A stretch of 64,000 nucleotides of DNA from Selaginella moellendorffii (taxonomy: Eukaryota > Plantae > Lycopodiophyta): the NCBI RefSeq assembly GCF_000143415.4, contig NW_003314288.1, positions 1,240,056 through 1,304,055 on the forward strand, written 5' to 3'. The notes beneath the pieces were generated by a model, which was not told the DNA's origin, made no database searches, and saw only the letters and a program-made list of their open reading frames with translations. Of the stretch, positions 1 through 14,255 are shown one piece after another. Position 1 is the stretch's first letter, and each line of letters opens with the position of its first letter. The position numbers and the translations under genes were made by a program.

Positions 1-238
1 ATTGTCATAGAGGTTTTAGCATCTAGATCTTCTTCCATACTTGCGAGAGTAACCATTTGCTAGTATATCTTCTTCAATCACTGTACATACGAAATATACT
101 TACCTTGTTTAGTGAGTAGATCTTTGCAGTGTTTTGCATGATATTTGAATCTTCGGGTATAGTCTTCGATATCTTCTTTATTACCTTGTTAATGCTCTTG
201 AGATGTTCTAGCTATTCACCTGTTGTGCCACCAGATTG
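1..238 (-). mobile_element. Possible decayed retrotransposon gag fragment, the target of the LTR starting at 239
   Basis: Minus-strand translation with stops gives QGNKEDIEDYTRRFK, resembling the QGxxExxxDYxxRF retrotransposon gag motif. Confidence 0.3.
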
Positions 239-843
239 TGTCGCGAATATGACTTCGGGTATCGAAAGTTACCTGTTGGCTAGTCCTTTCGGATATTCTT
301 TCCTTACTACCACGACGGCAGGATGTCGGTATTGCTAGGCTTGTTATCAGTTCCCACTTGGGCTTGTTGAGAAACTGGTCAATGACCGTGTACTTAAATC
401 GGATAAACATAAGGTAAGAACCCTATGTGTTTCTTGCTGAGCATACTCGGCGTGGTTTGAGAAACTCCGGTCATTGGCTTGCACTTGCTAGTATCAAGAA
501 CCCCTATGGTATTGAGATTGGTCCCTCAATATTCGCTAGATGATAGCTTACTGTGTTTGCCAAACATCCTCACTATCATGCCCTTTGTGTTAGTCTCATT
601 CCGGTCCCAAATGCTATTTATAGAAAGTGTCTAGATTTGCTCATTTGGCATATCTATGGAATGTAGAGATTGTCCTGAACACAATGGTGTTTGTCCCGTG
701 TCCAAATTCACAATCTAGTGCCATTCCATATTTAGTAAGTTTTAAGCTTGTCCCAGAGACTAACTCCTGATACTAGGGAGGCTTGGGGTGAAAGCCCAAA
801 GCGTGTGTTCCTCAAGGGCGGGGGGGGGGGGGGGGGGGGGGGG
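239..843 (+). repeat. 5' LTR of LARD-like element (partial, ends at gap)
   Basis: Aligns with 4925-5515. Confidence 0.75.
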
Positions 844-1448
844 NNNNNNNNNNNNNNNNNNNNNNNNNNNNNNNNNNNNNNNNNNNNNNNNNNNNNNNNN
901 NNNNNNNNNNNNNNNNNNNNNNNNNNNNNNNNNNNNNNNNNNNNNNNNNNNNNNNNNNNNNNNNNNNNNNNNNNNNNNNNNNNNNNNNNNNNNNNNNNNN
1001 NNNNNNNNNNNNNNNNNNNNNNNNNNNNNNNNNNNNNNNNNNNNNNNNNNNNNNNNNNNNNNNNNNNNNNNNNNNNNNNNNNNNNNNNNNNNNNNNNNNN
1101 NNNNNNNNNNNNNNNNNNNNNNNNNNNNNNNNNNNNNNNNNNNNNNNNNNNNNNNNNNNNNNNNNNNNNNNNNNNNNNNNNNNNNNNNNNNNNNNNNNNN
1201 NNNNNNNNNNNNNNNNNNNNNNNNNNNNNNNNNNNNNNNNNNNNNNNNNNNNNNNNNNNNNNNNNNNNNNNNNNNNNNNNNNNNNNNNNNNNNNNNNNNN
1301 NNNNNNNNNNNNNNNNNNNNNNNNNNNNNNNNNNNNNNNNNNNNNNNNNNNNNNNNNNNNNNNNNNNNNNNNNNNNNNNNNNNNNNNNNNNNNNNNNNNN
1401 NNNNNNNNNNNNNNNNNNNNNNNNNNNNNNNNNNNNNNNNNNNNNNNN
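844..1448. other. Assembly gap (N run)
   Basis: 605 N, directly after a poly-G run. Confidence 1.
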
Positions 1449-4400
1449 GGTTTAGTCAAAGATTCGATCGAAAAGAGAGTTGTCAGGGATGAAGGATCAA
1501 ACACGTAAATCATCTTCTCTTCTTGGAGAGATGATTTGCAATGAGATGTTAACTCATTACTCGTGTTCACATTATGCAATCAAGAGACCCTACCTTGATG
1601 CATGTTAGTTATGGGGGTCTTACAAATGGTGAATTGTGGGATAGATAGTGGTGAAGCGTTAATCCATTTTGTTTATGCTTGCTATTAGAAGACTTGGGTT
1701 GTAATACTCAATTCTTTTCCGGAGAACCTTGCTATTGCTCCTCGAGTAGTTTGGTGCTAGATTAGTTTTGAGTTTAGTTGGAAAGAGAGTGGCATGAGCT
1801 TGTCCATGTTGTGAACAAATGTTAATGGTGTTCAATGTTGTAAACCTCTATTGGTGGAGTGTAGTATTTATGATGCATTTTGTCGAATTGAGTTGGCACT
1901 TGATATTCATATAAACCTTTGAAGTAATAATATGGGTATTGCTCGTGTTGTTGCTCAATTGATGATCAAATCATTGTGATTTCTATATTATATCCAAGTG
2001 ATAATGAGTAATGTGTTTATGAAGTTGCTTGGTCAAACGATGATCAACCCCAAAGTGGTTGATGGAGAAGCTAGTCTACTTGCACGAAGTAGCATTGTAG
2101 TAGCTTTGACTAGATTCTCGATGATATTCCATTATGCTAAGTTTAAGTTGCTACCTTATTTCCTTGAGTTTGCCCACTGAGGTGTTGGAAAAGGGTTGTA
2201 GCATTTATTTGCTATAGCTCGTCAGTTTATCCAATAGCACTTTGAATAGATTGTTGGATGGAGAAAGTGTGTAGTTGAGGCATTGACATCACTGTGTTAG
2301 TGGAAGTGGCATTATTATTTTGAGTGATAGGGAATTTTCCTTAGAGCTTGATTTTTTATGTCATTTTTCTTGTTAGTGTTTTGGCTTCATATTGGATCTT
2401 GAGAATGATTGAAGAAAAGTGTTAGTGCAATGTGGAAATCCAAAGATATGGTCTTCATGATCAAACTTTGGATGTTCATTTTTGCATTTTTGCGGATATC
2501 GGTGTTAGATGTCGGAAGTATGGGCAAAAAGATGTTTGAGGCTTAGGCATACTATGGGTCATGAGAATTAGTGTTGAGGTGAACCTATGTGAAGTTGTAG
2601 GTAGGAGGAAGTTGGTTGAGTCTTGAAAATTTGCTTTCCTAAATTGAGAGTCATTCTTTCTCTAGGATGGAAAATTTTCCACAAATTTTCTTAGACTTTT
2701 CTAATGGCTAATTTGTTATCATTTTGCTCGAAAACCATTCCATTTTCGTAAGTCAATACAAACTAGTGAAGGGGTTGGAGTTGACTTCAGTTAGCTTAGA
2801 CCTTAATATGTAGTTTGTATGATGTAGCCCGAAAGGGATACTAACTTAAGGGGCTAAGGCAATTGAGTTGGATAGAGTTTGGAGTTGGTGTAAAAAAGTG
2901 GCTGTTGCACTTTTCTAAGAAGGGTGACCCTTGTGCCTTTCTTTTGTAGCATTATGCTTGGTGGCAAGTTGCACTTTGTATTTCACTAGACTTTATGAGA
3001 GTAGTGAGCTCTCATTGATCTTGACGTGGTCTTGGCAGCCCTGTGCCTTGGCTGAGGTTAGTGATGTCCAACTTAGTTGTTTAAGGTTGAGGTGTTGGTA
3101 CCCATACTATAGCTTTGTCTATGAGGAGGTTGTGTACTAATATGAGTCCATCTCATGGTCTTCACTTTAGTTTCAGCTGAGTGTTGATCATGCATAGCTA
3201 ACTTCTTCAAAGCATACTCAGAGCTATTAGCTAAACGTGTCGGTGACTTATTGCAGTTAAGTTGGATTCGAGTGGTCATTTAGTTTATGCTTGTCCATGA
3301 ACGTTTATCTTATATCTAAGGTATTATGTTCATGTTGGACAAGTGTATGACTCAATGACGTGAGTTTAGTGTTTGGGTCTTGTGAAAGGCAAGTTGAAAA
3401 GTGATTGTTGGTTGCTTTGCAACTAGTGGTTGCTGGTAGACTTTGTCGAAGACTATGACACTTCACTTGATGAAGATTTAGCAGTGATGGGTTTGCTTTA
3501 TTGGATGGTGTTGCAGAGGATCGTGTCGAGGCTTGCATGGGTTTTCCATGTTGGTATGTCAACTCTACCTCTATTGATATCATTTAGTTGCATTTAGTTC
3601 ATGGTGTTAGATTTTATTGAGACTTGGATGTGGTGATTCACTCCTTGATGATGTGTTATCTATAACTAAGTTTTGTTGAAGGATTGGTCTCAAATACCGA
3701 GTAAAGTATCTTCAACTTTGGTTAACTTGGTTGTTGAAGAGTTTTGAGTGGTGATTCACTCTTGCTTTCTTCTAGCTTTGTTATGGTGTTGATGGCATTG
3801 AAGTAATGCTTTGTTGTTGACATTATTGATATTGAGATTCAAGTGAAATGAAATGTCTTTCCATAAGATTGATATTGAGTTTCATTAGTCTTGATGAAGA
3901 TAGTGTTGATGATTTGGCTATAGCTTTATGTTATTAGTATTCATGCATTTTTTAGTTAGCAACTATGTCGATGTTCAAACGAACAGAGTGGCAAATTTGA
4001 GTTAGTTGTGTTTTAGATGAGGTTATTTAGTAGGGGTTGAGCTTTAGCTTTTCCTTGGAAAGTGATTTAATTGTGGACAATGCTAAATTTACAAAATGAA
4101 GAGTTAGTGATTGATATTGAAGATGTTTAAATCCTTATTGGATTTAAGTTGGAATATATCGATCATGGATGATTCTTTTTGTGCTTGTTATGAAGTGAGT
4201 TACGTTTTGCTATAGATGGATTCATGGAGGATCGATTTGGTGATCACTTGTTGAGCATAGCTTTATTATGCTTGGCTTTTGGATTGATGCAGATATGCTC
4301 TTCATTAGCTTTGTATTATGAAGTTTAGCTTCTAGATGTATTGAGAAGGATATTGTGGGTTATACCATGATTTCTTCTTTAACATAGAAGTTAGTCCATC

Positions 4401-4924
4401 CAAGGCTTGTGGTCATTGTTAAACAAGACTTGGCTATAGATTTCTTCAAGCTTTTGGTTCTTTGAGTTTCATGCTCAATATGTCATTTGCTAGAAGTTGT
4501 TGGGGATGGCATTTTGGCTTGTTAGCTTCGATGTTGAAGTTAGTATTTGCATCTAGCAATCATTAATGATGATTGACTATCATCTAAAAAAATTGATTAT
4601 CGTTATCGAAGATTTTGCTTGATTATTGTTGATATAGAATGATTTGCGGGCAGGGGCGTATCACACTTTTGTAAGCTGAGTGACACCCAAAGCAGCAAGG
4701 GTGACTAGCTCCATTGGTCATTTCCTTGTCGGTGATAGCCGGAAGGTGTCAAAGCTGGTAGCGCATCTGTGTTAGACAAAGAGGTTGCCTCCTAACTCAT
4801 TTAAGTTGGTGTATTTCTTATATAGTGTGAATACTGTGAACTTTTTCTGGAGTTGTTTCCTTGGAAGTATTCTAGACTTGAGTATGTATTGACGAGGACG
4901 TCGATCTTCCCTAGGGGGGGAGAG

Positions 4925-6072
4925 TGTCGCGAATGTGACTTCGGGTATCGAAAGTTACTTGTCGGCTAGTCTTTTCGGATATTTCTTTCCTTAGTACCAC
5001 GACAGCAGGAGGTCGGTATTGCTGGGCCTGTTATCAGTTCCCACTTAAGCTAGTTGAGAAACTGGTCAATAATCATGTACTTAAATTGGATAAACATAAG
5101 GTAAGAACCCTATGTGTTTTTTGTTGAGCATACTTGGCCTGGTTTGAGAAACTCTTGTTATTGGCTTGCACTTACTAATATCAAGAACCCCCATAGTATT
5201 GAGATTGGTCCCTCAATATTCACTAGATGATAGCTTATTGTGTTTGCCAAACACCCTCACTATCATGCCCTTTGTGTTAGTCTCATTCCGGTCCCAAATC
5301 CTATTTATAGAAAGTGTCTAGATTTGCTCATTTGGCATATCTACGGATTGTAGAGATTGTCTTGAACACAATGGTGTTCGTCCCATGTCCAAATTCGCAA
5401 TCTAATGCCATTTCATATTTAATAAGTTTTAAGCTTGTCCTAGAGACTAACTCTTGATACTAAGGGAGGCTTGGGGTGAAAGCCCAAAGCATGTGTTCCT
5501 CAAGGGCGGGGGGGGGCTATGGGGGGTTCCAAATGTATAGTAGGGATAGTGGGTAGGTCAAGCATTGCTGACCAACTTGAGGCATAGTTTAGCTCCCACT
5601 TGCGTGCCTATCCTTGTTCTATGTTTGGCTTGGGTCTAAGCCCAAGTTCCATACCATGCTAGCTAGTGGATACCCATGTCCTTGCATTAGGCCACCGGTA
5701 TGCAGAAATAGTGCTAGACTTCATTTAGCTCCGTTTTGTGTGTTGGTCCTGGCAAAGGGATGTTGGTTGCTCTAGGACTATTCCAAGTCTCTCCGGGCTC
5801 CTATCCCTTCACTCCTTGGGCTGTATGCTCGGGAGTTGCTCCGTGGTCTGGTTCCGTTGCTCCTTGGCTCCATGTTTGGGAGTTTGGCATCATTCCTTCA
5901 TTCAGTGGCCCAAGGCCCTAAATCTCAGGTTCTGCACCACTATCCTTTGGACACGTGGCATATGACACATGATATACGTCACGTGGCATAAAGAGGGTTT
6001 AGGTTCCGCTTCGTGGTGTTATCCTATGGTAAATCACCATAGGATAAAGGGTAAAAACCATGTGCACTATAG
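4925..6072 (+). repeat. 3' LTR of LARD-like element (3'-truncated)
   Basis: Starts with TG after the PPT. Homologous to 239-843 and, inverted, to ~7984-8840. Confidence 0.75.
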
Positions 6073-6341
6073 GTTGGTACTTCTCTTTGAATCACTTAAA
6101 GTTTTCCTAAAACTTAAATTTTTCATCAAGATTATAAAACCATTCTAATGCTTTTCTTTTAAGTGTGAAAAGGAATAGAAATTCTTTGTTGTCTTCTTTC
6201 TGATTTTGATTTTTACAAGATTATATAATGAGAATTATGGCTTGAGTATAAGAATATTTTTTAGCATATTATTGACATTTGGCAAAAGTTCCAGTGTTAT
6301 GTCCCCATCCATGACATTTGTCATATCATGAACAATAATTG

Positions 6342-7815
6342 TGTTATGACAATGCACAAAAAGCCAACGATCTAATCTTCCTAAACTAGACTAGGCCTCC
6401 TCTTGAAGTTCCTCACCACCCAACCACCCTCGAACTACCTTAAACGCTCCTATGCACCGCCGCTGAGTCCTAGGGTAGCTTAAGTCTTTTACCCTAAAAT
6501 GCCTTCATAAACCCTTGAGCCTCCCTTTGATTGATGTTGACCACCCTTTCTAGGGACCCTGCTCAAGCTTCTGATCCATCTTCCACAGCCATATACATTA
6601 AGGAGGCATTGGGCCCATCACTCTGAGATAGTACATCTTTCAATTAACTAATATAAAATACTGGATGAATTTTCACCCTAGCTGGCAGCCGCACCTAATA
6701 AGCTGCCTTACCGATGTGCTCCAGCACTTCATATGGACTAGCAATGAGAAAGTTTATCACTCTTCCCATTCCATGAAGGCATTAAGGTGTTCCGTTGCTC
6801 ACTTGACAGAAAGATCCCTTGTATAAAGACGAGATCACCCACCTTATATTCCTGGAATTGGCGATACTCATGTGCAAAATTCTCCACTCTATCCTAAGCT
6901 GCTTGCAAATTCCATTTGCACACATCCAAAATCTCATCAAGTTCTGTGGCCAGATTAGTCGCTTGTAAATCAAGTTTTTCTTGAACATCCTTACTCAAAT
7001 GCAATTCCAACTCCATTGTTGCTTGAGGATGCTTTCCAAACATGGCAAAGTGAGGATTTAGCTTGGTTTCACTGTGTTGGCTATTGTTATAGGTAGATTG
7101 CACCAATGGAAAATATAGATCCCACTATCCTTGCTTTTGACCAATGCTACTTTGTAGCATATCCTCCACCACCTGATTCACACGCTCGGTTTGCCCATCT
7201 GCCTGAGGATGTTCTCCACTCAAGAGTTTCAGAGTCAATTTCATAGGCTTTGCAAAGCTCTTCCAAAATCCACTAGTGAATTTTGAATCTCGATTGTTAG
7301 CAATGTCCTTCGGCAAATCAAATCAAGAAAAACCTTCTCCAAGTAGACCGCAACCAAATCTAAAGTAGTGACACTCTTCCGAAGAGCCAAGAACTACATA
7401 TACTTTATCAAATAATCCACTATGACCCATAGTTGCTCCTTTTGCCTCTGTGTTCGTGGCAAACAAGTGATGAAGTCCATAGAAATACTACACCAACGGC
7501 TCTAAGGAATAGGTAAAGGTTGCAAAAGTTTCCCCCGACTTCTCTTATGGCACCTTTACCTGCTGACAGCTCATATGACCTATAGTACTCAAGGATATCA
7601 GCCTTCATATTCCTCCAATAAAAATTGTGCTTAATCAACTCATATGTCCTTTTTTCCCCCAAAATGACCAGCCTCTTGACAATCATGATAGTGGAATAAA
7701 ACCTGAGTAATTAATGTATCAACCCATGGCAAATACACATGGCCATTATAGTAAAGAATCCCATCCACTAATGAGAAAGATACTTCTATCTGAGCTTGCA
7801 ATGAGACCACCTCAA
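6342..7815 (-). mobile_element. Decayed Ty3/gypsy integrase plus 3' LTR relic (family of 21922-26834)
   Basis: Fragments HPQADGQTERVNQVVEDML and YNNSQHSETKLNP. LTR relic TGTTATGAC... at 6342 resembles the LTR at 21922. Many stops and frameshifts. Confidence 0.85.
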
Positions 7816-10800
7816 TGTGAGACATAAATCCCTAAGCCCCAAAATGGAGCCAAAGGGTGCCATGAGGTAGTGGCCGAAGCAAAAGCCAAATGAGTGTAAC
7901 ACGTTTGGACTAAAAGTTCCGACTTGAAAAGTCAAGAGCAAGAGTGGAACTCCCAATGAAGTACTCAAGAACAAGCATGAAACTGTAGCGCACATGGTTT
8001 TTACCCTTTATCCTATAGTGATTTACCATAGAATAACCAAAGCCCTCTATGTGCCACGTGTCATATGCCACATGTTACATGCCACATGTCTAAAGGACAG
8101 TGGTGTAGAACCCAAGTTTTAGGGCTTGGGCCACTTAACAAAGGAATGGTGCCAAACTCCTAAGTATGGAGCCGAGTGATAGAAACAAACTATGGAGTAA
8201 CTCCCAAGCATACAACCTAAGGAGTGAAGGGACAAGAGCATGAAGCAATTTGGAACAGTCCTAGAGTATTCAACATCCCAATGCCAAGACCAACATGCAA
8301 AATGGAGCAAAACGGAGTTTGGTGTTATTTCGGCATACTGATGGCCTAACACAATGATATAAGTACTCCACTAGCTAGCACGGTGTGGAGCTTGGGCTTA
8401 GACCCAAGCCGGACGCAAAACAAAAACAGGCATGCAAGTGGGAGCTAAACTATGCCTCAAGTTAGTTAGCCATGCCCAATTTACCCACCATCCCTACTAT
8501 ACATTTGGAACCCCCCACATCCCCCCCCTGAGGAACACACGCTTTGGGCTTTCACCCCAAGCCTCCCTTAGTACCAGGAGTTAGTCTTTGGCACAAGCTC
8601 GAAACTTACTAAATATGAAATTTAGATTGTGAATTTGGACATGGGATGAATACCATTGTGTTCAGAACAATCTCTACATTCTGTAGATGTGCCAAATGAA
8701 CAAATCTAAACACTTTCCATAAATAACATTTAGGACCGAAATGAGACTACATAAAAGGCATGATAGTAAGGGTGTTTGGCAGACATGGTAAGTTATCATC
8801 TAGTGATATTGAGGGACTAATCTCAATACGCGAGGTTTCTTGTCAAACCAACGTAAGATAGAGCAAAAGAGAACTAATAAGCCGGGCCGAGTATGCTCAA
8901 CTAAATAGACATTTAGAAAGGACAACTAAAGGAACATAAAGTATTATCAACTTGGCAAGCAAAATGCTCGCAAATGTATTGTCCGAAAGAAATAACATCC
9001 AACCTATCAGAAGCAACAATAATAATAGTCAATAGAATAAAATGAATATTGCAAAGCAAACAAACACTCATTCATGCTAACCATCGCACTAGCTAATCTG
9101 AATAGATTTTGATCAACAATACGAAAGAACTCAAGTTGCTTAAGTAAGTGTCAGCAACATTCTACTAATGTCTTAAACCCAAGAGACCAATCCAAAGCAA
9201 ACCACAAAGAACATGTGGTATTGCGAAAAGCCATAAGCCATCAAAGAAAGTAACTGACTATTATGAAAGATCATCAATCATCCCATCAATAAAAGATGCA
9301 TAATTATCGTCAAAGAAAGAATTCACCATTCTGAAGAACAACGAATTATTCTATATCAACAACAATCAAGCAAAACTTTTTAACAAGGATAATTAACTAT
9401 CCTAGATGATAGTCAATCATCACTAATGATTGCCAGATGCAAAAACCAACTTCAACATCGAAGCTAATAAGCCAAAATGCCTTCCCCAACAACTTCTAAC
9501 AAATGGACCACAAGCATAAAAACTCAAGGAACCAAAAGCTTGAAGAAGTCTATAGCCAAATCTTGCTTAATAATGATCACAAATCTTGCATAAATTGATT
9601 TCAATGCTAAAGAAGAAATCATGCTGCAACCCATAATATCTTCCTCAACACATTTATAAGCCAAATTTCATAATGCCAAAGCTAATGAAGAGCATTTCTG
9701 CATCAATTCAAAAGTTAACCACAATGGAGCTATGCCCAACAAGTGATCACTAAACGATCCTCCATAAATCCATCTATAGCAAGACATAACTAATAAGCAC
9801 AAGAAGAATTATCAATGATTGATATATCCTTAACTTAAATCCAATAAAAACTCAAACATTCCAATATCAATTACCAACCCTTCTTTTCATAAAGCTAGCA
9901 TAGTTCATGACTAAATCAATTTTCAAGGAAAAGCTCAAAGCTCAACCCCTACTAAACAATCTCATCTAGAACACACTAACTCAAACTTGCCACTCAGCTT
10001 GTTTGAACGCCAATATAGTTGCTAATTAGAAAATGCACAAATGCCAATACATAAAGCTATAACTAAATCATCAACATTATCTTCATCGAGACTAATAAAA
10101 CTCAATATCAATCTTAAGGAGAGACATCTCATTTCACTTAAATCTCAACATCAACAATGTTAACGACAAGGCATCACTTCAATGCCATCAACACCAGAAC
10201 AAAACTGAAAGAAAGAAAAAGTGAAACACCACCCAAAGCTCTCTAGCAACTAAATTAACTAAAGTTGAAGATACTTTAGTTAGTATCCAAAACCAATCCT
10301 TCAACAAAACTCAATTACAAATAACACTTCCTTAAGAAGTGAATCACCACATCCAAAACTTAATGAAATCTAATACTATGAACTAACCGCAACCAAATGA
10401 TATCGATAAAAGAATCGACATGCCAACATGGAAAAGAAACCATGCAAGTCTAACAACACGATCCTCCGCAACACCATTCGGTAAAATAAGCTTATCACTA
10501 CTAAATCATCATTGAGTGACACAAGTGTCAAAAGCCCTTGACAAAGTCTATAAGTAATCATTAGTCGCAAAACAATTAATAGTCACTCTTTAACTTGCCT
10601 TCACTAGACCCAACACAAAACTCATACCATCAAGTTATTAACTTGTCCAACATGAACATAATACCCCAAGCACGAGATAAAGATTCATGGACAAGCATGA
10701 ACTAAATGACTACTCGAATCCAACCCAACCCAATAAGTTCACCAATGCATCTAGCCAATAACTCTAAGCATGCCTTAAAAAGGCTAGTTATGCATAATTA

Positions 10801-12980
10801 ACACTTAGTTGAAACTAAAGTGAAGACCATGAGATGGTCTCATATTGGTACACAACCTCCTCATAGATAAAGCTATAGTATGGGTACTAACATCTCAAAC
10901 TCAAATAACTAAGTTGAACATCACCATCCTCAGCAAAAATGCAGGGCCACCAAGACTAAGCCAAGATCAGTGAGAGTTCATTACTCTTATAAAGTTTAAC
11001 GAAATATAAAGTGCAACCTGCCACCAAGTATAACGTTACCAAAAAAGGCACAAGGGTCACCTTTCTTAAAAAAGTGCAATAACCACTTTTCTACACCAAC
11101 TCAAGATTCTATCCAACTCAATTGCTTTAGCCCCAAAAGTCAAGATCCCTTTTGGGCCACATCATACAAACTATATACTAATGTCTAAGGTAACCGAAGT
11201 CAACTCTAACCCTTTCACTAGTTTATACTGGCTTACAAAAATGAAATGGTTTTTGAGCAAAATGATCAATAGATCAACCATTGGAAAAGTCTAAGAAAAT
11301 TTGTGGAAAATTTCCATCCTAGAAAAAATGACTCTCAGTCCAAAAATACAAACTTTCAAGACTCAACCAACTTCCTCCTACCTACTACTTCACATAAATT
11401 TACCTCAACACAAATTCTCAGGATCTAACAATATGCTTAAGTATCAAACATCTTTGCCCATATATCTGACATCCAACACCAACATTTGCAAAATGTAAAA
11501 TGAACATCCAAGGCTTCATCACAAAGACCACATCTTCTGATATTCACATTTCACTAACACTCTTCTTCAACCACCTTTAAAATCCAATGTGAAGCCAAAA
11601 CACTAATAAAAAAAATGACATGGAAAATCAAGTTCTAAGGAAAATTCCTAATCACTCAAAATAACAATATCATCTCCACTAGCACAAGTGCTAGCAAAAT
11701 TAATGCTTTAACTACACATCTTCTCTATCTAACAATCTACTTCAAGTGTTAACGGATCAACTGACAAACTATAGCAAGTGAATGCTTTCCCTGCATATGA
11801 ATGAATGATGAACCCTTTCCAACACCTTATGTGTAAATCCTCAAAGAAACAAGGTACCAACTTAAGCTTAGCTTAGCATAATGGACCACCATCGAGAATC
11901 CAGTCAAAGCTACTACAATGCTACTTCGTGCAAGTAGACTAGCTTCACCATCAACCACTTTGGGGTTGATTATCGTCTAACCAAGCAACTTCGTAAACAC
12001 ATTACTCATTATTACATGGATATAATATAAGTATCACAATGACTTGATCATCAATTGAGCAACACCATGAGCAACACCATGAGCAACACTCATGTCATTA
12101 CTTCAAAGGTTCATGTGAGCATCAAGTGCCAACTCGATTCGACAAAATGCAACATAAATGCCACACTCCATCGATAAAGACTTACAACACCCAACACCAC
12201 TAACTTTTGTTCACAACACAGATAAGCTTATGCCGCTCTCTATCCGACCAAACTCAAAACTAATCCAACACCAAACTACTTAAAGAGCAATAGCAAGGTT
12301 CTCCAAAAATGAATTGACCATTGTGACCCAAGTCTTCAATAGCAAGCTTAGACAAAATGGTTTAGTGCTTCACCACTATCCATCCCATAACTCACCACTT
12401 GTAAGACCATCATAACCAACATATATCAAGATAGGGACTCTTGATTGCATGATGTGAACACAAGCAATGAGTTAACACCTCGTTGCAAATCATCTCTCCA
12501 AGAAGAGAAGATGATTTACAGGTTTGATCCTTCGTCCATGATGACTCTCTTTTTGGTCTTAACTTTGACTTAACCTCAAGCTTGCATTCGCACTGCCTTC
12601 AGTTCAATCCAAGAAAAGTTTACGAGAGAGCACGGCAATGATTATATGAATCAATAGACTCATCTTTAAAGTCTTAATAGATCCACTTATAATGATGCCT
12701 AGGAAGGATCCACTAGTGCCGTGCTAAACAGCTACGGAACAATGTATTTGCCACTCATAGCAAACCCAGGGAAAGTTTACTTTCACCCATGGTACTTGGA
12801 AACAACTCATGGAACCATCGATAGGTTAACATTAATCTTGCAAACTCAAAGTGTAACCTCGAGTTGCTAATATGCCTCACTCACAAGCCCAAGCACAAAC
12901 TTGTGCAAACAGCATCTCACATCCATCTTATGAGCCCAAGAGCAAGCTCACATAATATAATACAAAAGGTAACCAAATCT
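7816..12980 (-). mobile_element. LARD-like element, copy 2 (inverted relative to copy 1), interrupting a gypsy relic
   Basis: ~9340-12575 is the reverse complement of ~1450-4645. ~7984-8840 is the reverse complement of ~5180-6072. The LTR ends ...TGTCTCACA on the minus strand at 7816. Confidence 0.75.
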
Positions 12981-13383
12981 ATACCCAAGACAATGCTCAA
13001 TAGAAAACTCCCCAAACTCCATGAGTCTGACCATCCAATGAGCTTTCTTAGTGTTCAACTCCTTCTGTGTGAAAAGATATACAAGAGGTTTATGATCTGT
13101 CAACACTGTGAACTCTACACTATAAAGATAGTGCCGCCACATCCGTAAAGCATGAACAATGGAGTGTAACTCTTGCTCATATGTGGAATAGTATTGCTCT
13201 GTGGGATTCAAAATTCAACTCTCATATGTAATAAGCTGTCCCTCTTGTATGAGAACTCCTCCCAATGCATAACCACTCGCATCACATGTCACCTCATAAA
13301 TGTAAGGAACCGACTCCCCGAGATGTCGTAGGCTAAAGGATCTCCGAAAGCATGACCGAAATGACAAAGAGTTCATCGGATGG

Positions 13384-13662
13384 GACCGAGTCGAAGATTG
13401 AGTCCAAGACCGACTTAGAGACCGAGTTCGAGATAGAGTCCGGGATCAAGCAGAGGCCGAATCAGAGCCCGAGTTCGAGACCGAGTTTGAGACCGAGTTC
13501 GAGACAGAGTCCGAGATCCAAATTGGGTCTGAGACCGAGTCCGAGGTCGAGTCCAAAGTCGAGTCCGAGATCGGGTCCAAGATCGAGTCTGAAATCGAGT
13601 TCGAGACCGAGTCCAAAGTCGGGTCTGAGATCGAGTCCGAGATCGATTCTGAGACTAAGTCC
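13384..13662. repeat. Degenerate hexamer array (GAGTCC/GAGACC) inside the solo LTR
   Basis: Visible periodic repeat. It produces the spurious SP/SD-rich ORFs. Confidence 0.8.
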
Positions 13663-14255
13663 AAATACTAATACAGCTCAAGGGGTGAAAGCCCAAAGCG
13701 TGCGTCTCCCGGGGAGGGGGCTGCAGGGGGTTCCAAAGCGTGCGTCTCCCGGGGAGGGGGCTGCAGGGGGTTCCAAACGTATAGTAGGGATAGGGAGGTC
13801 CAGGAACCAGTCTTGGAGAGTTCCGTCTCCCGGGGAGGGGGCTGCAAGGGGTTCCAAACGTATAGTAGGGATAGGGAGGTCCAGGAACCAGTCTTGATGG
13901 AACTCTCCAGTGGTGCTTCCAAACTGACTTGAGGTTGAGACTGGGGCCGAGGGGCCTCGGGTGGGAGTGAGCATGGGCTTGGGTGGTGCCAGAGGGGCCA
14001 CCCAGGGAAGTGCTCAAGAGCAACTCCCACTCCCGAAAGGGAAACTGACTGCGGTGCTCCCGACTTATATGGAGTGGTGCCCCACTTGAGAACCTTGTGG
14101 CTCATTGGTCCTCGCCCTTCCTAGGGGCTTGGGCCTTCCCTTCAGGATGGAAGTGGAGGTACCCATACCGGGCCGTTAGGCCATGGTGTTTCGCCCCGAC
14201 GTCCCAAAGCAAGTGCTGCACCCAAGGTTTGGGATTTAGAGGGTCCCATAATCAA

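Larger units (their letters stand above)
239..6072 (+). mobile_element. LARD-like (non-coding) LTR retroelement, copy 1
   Basis: Direct repeats start TGTCGCGAAT at 239 and 4925 and are about 95% similar over ~580 bp. A polypurine tract GGGGGGGAGAG lies just before 4925. The ~3.5-kb internal region has no recognisable gag/pol ORF. The 5' LTR runs into the gap and the 3' LTR is truncated near 6072. Confidence 0.7.

Noticed and set aside
760-815. Hammerhead ribozyme/retrozyme in the LTR (CTGATA...GAAA)
   Set aside because: Lacks the CUGANGA core and the required three stems.
748-1579. Long ORFs spanning the N run
   Set aside because: Artefacts of translating the assembly gap.
13384-13900. CRISPR-like array
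   Set aside because: Repeats are contiguous with no unique spacers, there are no cas genes, and the context is eukaryotic.
13352-14105. SP/SR-rich and repeat ORFs (also 35855-36167)
   Set aside because: By-products of hexamer arrays and tandem duplications inside LTRs.
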